This document shows positions 62,001 to 64,000 of a DNA stretch of 64,000 nt, in pieces; position 1 is the stretch's first letter, and the number at the start of each line of letters is the position of its first letter. The stretch covers positions 35,030,001 through 35,094,000 of the forward strand of contig NC_047015.1 in assembly GCF_902652985.1 (NCBI RefSeq), read 5' to 3'. The notes below the pieces were generated by a model that worked only from the letters and a program-made list of their open reading frames with translations, was not told where the DNA came from and did not search any database. This DNA is from Pecten maximus (taxonomy: Eukaryota). The position numbers and the translations under genes were made by a program.

Positions 62001-63919
62001 TTAAACAATGAACAGTGGTTTTAATGTTGTTATTGTCGATATGGCAGCAAGATGTATGGTGGGCAAATGGCATGGGAACCCGTTAGGGTTTCCATGCTAC
62101 ATTTGCCCAACTTACATCTTGCTGCCATATCGACTATAACAACATTAAAACCACTGTTCAATACTTATATTTACATTGTCTTACCATTTTTGTCAACTTT
62201 GAAAAAAACTAAACCAAAACAAAAAAAAAATCCCGTTTTTTTAAATGTCACATGACCCACTGGGTGTTATAGCCTGGGGTACTGGGTGTTATAGGCATAT
62301 GGTGGCAACTGCCTCTTAGCATTATGTCAATGGGGAAATGCGGAGCAAATGTAAATATATAATGATGCGGTCTGCCGATGTCGTCACCAAGGAGTCACAC
62401 ATAATGATGCGGTCTGCCGGTGTCGTCACAAAGGAGGCCCACATGAAGATCATTAAACCAAGGTTCGTTAATCGGCTATGGAGAGATGGTTCTCATGAAA
62501 ATGTTTGCACGATAATCTATGTAACCCTTGGCATGTCAAGAGTCCGCAAGATGGATCAAAGGAAATCTTGATGTTCAGGCTTCCTAAAACATCATTCGGG
62601 GGCCTCTGGGCATTTAAAATAACCCAGAGATCCCGCGTACACGTTTTAAAGAGTCCATGCAATGGAAGTACCCTTGTGTATCTCTCCAAAGAAATTCTGA
62701 TTGTTACCTGGTTTAGCTGTGGTCACTTAAGTATCTAATGGTGTATTGTTGATAGAGTATAGCCATGCTCATCTCCTCACCCAAGTGATTTCTGCCTGTT
62801 CAGAAAAAAGATGTCATATTTCTATAGAACCTGACGGTACATTAATCCTGTAAGATATCGTGGCTGCCATAGAATAGTCCTGGTTTGAGGACCAATCTCA
62901 AAGACTTCTATTTCAAAAGTGTAAACCAATCTGTAGGAAAAACTGGTTACGGTACATTGAGGTAAATGGGGACTAAATCTAAAATAAAAATGGTTCAGTG
63001 AACGGCCAGTTGTTGTAATATGTATATTCTCGCACGTACCTCGTTCTATAAACCTTTTACTGCTCAGACAATTTGGTCAATGTCATATTTTGATTGGTTG
63101 GGACATTAGTATCAGGTCACATGCGAGATATATTGACAAATAGGTAGGGTACTGTTGTAACCAGAACACGTTAGACCAAGGGGTCTTACCAACATTGTGT
63201 ATTGACTGGAGGGGAAGGTAACCATTAGTAACGGACAGACGCTGGGCCAACTCTAAAGACCTGATTAAGTTGTTCAATCAACACACCCTGACAGGTAAAA
63301 CCCACACATTTAATACTGCTATCTAAATATTCTTTAATTCCAGCATGCATGTACTTGTTATCTCATGATAAGATAAAATATTGCCACTATCGCTCAAAAA
63401 AAAAAAAGCTCACCATTTATAATCTCACAAGGTGCCACTGAAACATGACCAATGTTACTGTCTCAACAGTTTGAAATGCATGAATTATTTCTTATTGTAT
63501 ATTACACGGATCACTTAACACTGTGTATGTATATGTATTTACATTAAACAATATATATTAAAAATATGTATTCGTAAAAATATCAATATACATGTATAAC
63601 ATACAAAATGTATATGTATTTTTAGATGTATACAACTTAAACAATTATTTTTATATAAAATCCAAAACCGGTTTCGTTGATGACTATTACGTAATGCATT
63701 GTAGGCAAAACGATAAAAATATGTTTATAACAATCACACATTAAAAATGAATGAATAGCAATGCCAATGGTACAGTTTTTATAATGATAAGATTCTCAAA
63801 ACAATGTGTACATTCTACATTGCTGTGAAATTGAGTACACTTCTAGTCATGCCAGAGAAAACGTTTGTCGTTGAGTAAATCCGCTAAATGTTCGGTGTAC
63901 GGTTTGTAGAATTCTGTTA

Positions 63920-63945
63920 CTAGGGCTTCCGTTTCCGGTAACATC
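63920..63945. promoter_or_regulatory. Possible ETS-type promoter motif of a neighbouring gene
   Basis: cttccgtttccggt in a locally CpG-richer stretch at the window end; motif only. Confidence 0.2.
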
Positions 63946-64000
63946 TTTCCAACATTTAGTCCTTTAGACTTGCTGCTGTTTATTTTTGTCTCTACCATTG

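Noticed and set aside
62450-63310. Degenerate coding-like sequence, possibly a Penelope-like or other retroelement relic (KRFIERG on the minus strand)
   Set aside because: Too decayed to assign without a translated profile search.

Overview
This is AT-rich animal genomic DNA, probably from a bivalve mollusc (inferred from the SINE, HINE and MITE repertoire and the dense minisatellites). Almost the whole window is the 3' portion of one + strand, intron-rich class XV unconventional myosin gene (MYO15A / Drosophila Myo10A-like). I traced 47 GT-AG exons by hand from 1 to 55224. Their phases join into one open frame of about 2315 codons: C-terminal half of the motor, 3 IQ motifs, a charged helix, MyTH4, a FERM domain split by a long Pro/Gln-rich insert, SH3, MyTH4 and FERM. 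A probable 3' UTR of about 2.7 kb follows. The introns are packed with minisatellites, which explain most of the long ORFs in the track. They also hold a tRNA-derived SINE, a Helentron-associated HINE, a TTAA-flanked Kolobok-like MITE and a young 2.4-kb non-coding element with 649-bp direct repeats that each carry their own TIRs. An I/Nimb-type LINE relic lies downstream of the gene. The most unusual observations are: (1) a ~32-copy tandem array of an exon's own 5' splice site; (2) a duplicated 3' splice site; (3) the direct-repeat/TIR composite element; (4) phase-compatible candidate alternative exons, including headless-isoform starts, a recursive-splice-like site and a cassette cluster next to ACTAAY motifs; (5) a 4.1-kb stop-free 48-bp variant-repeat array in frame with the IQ exon.
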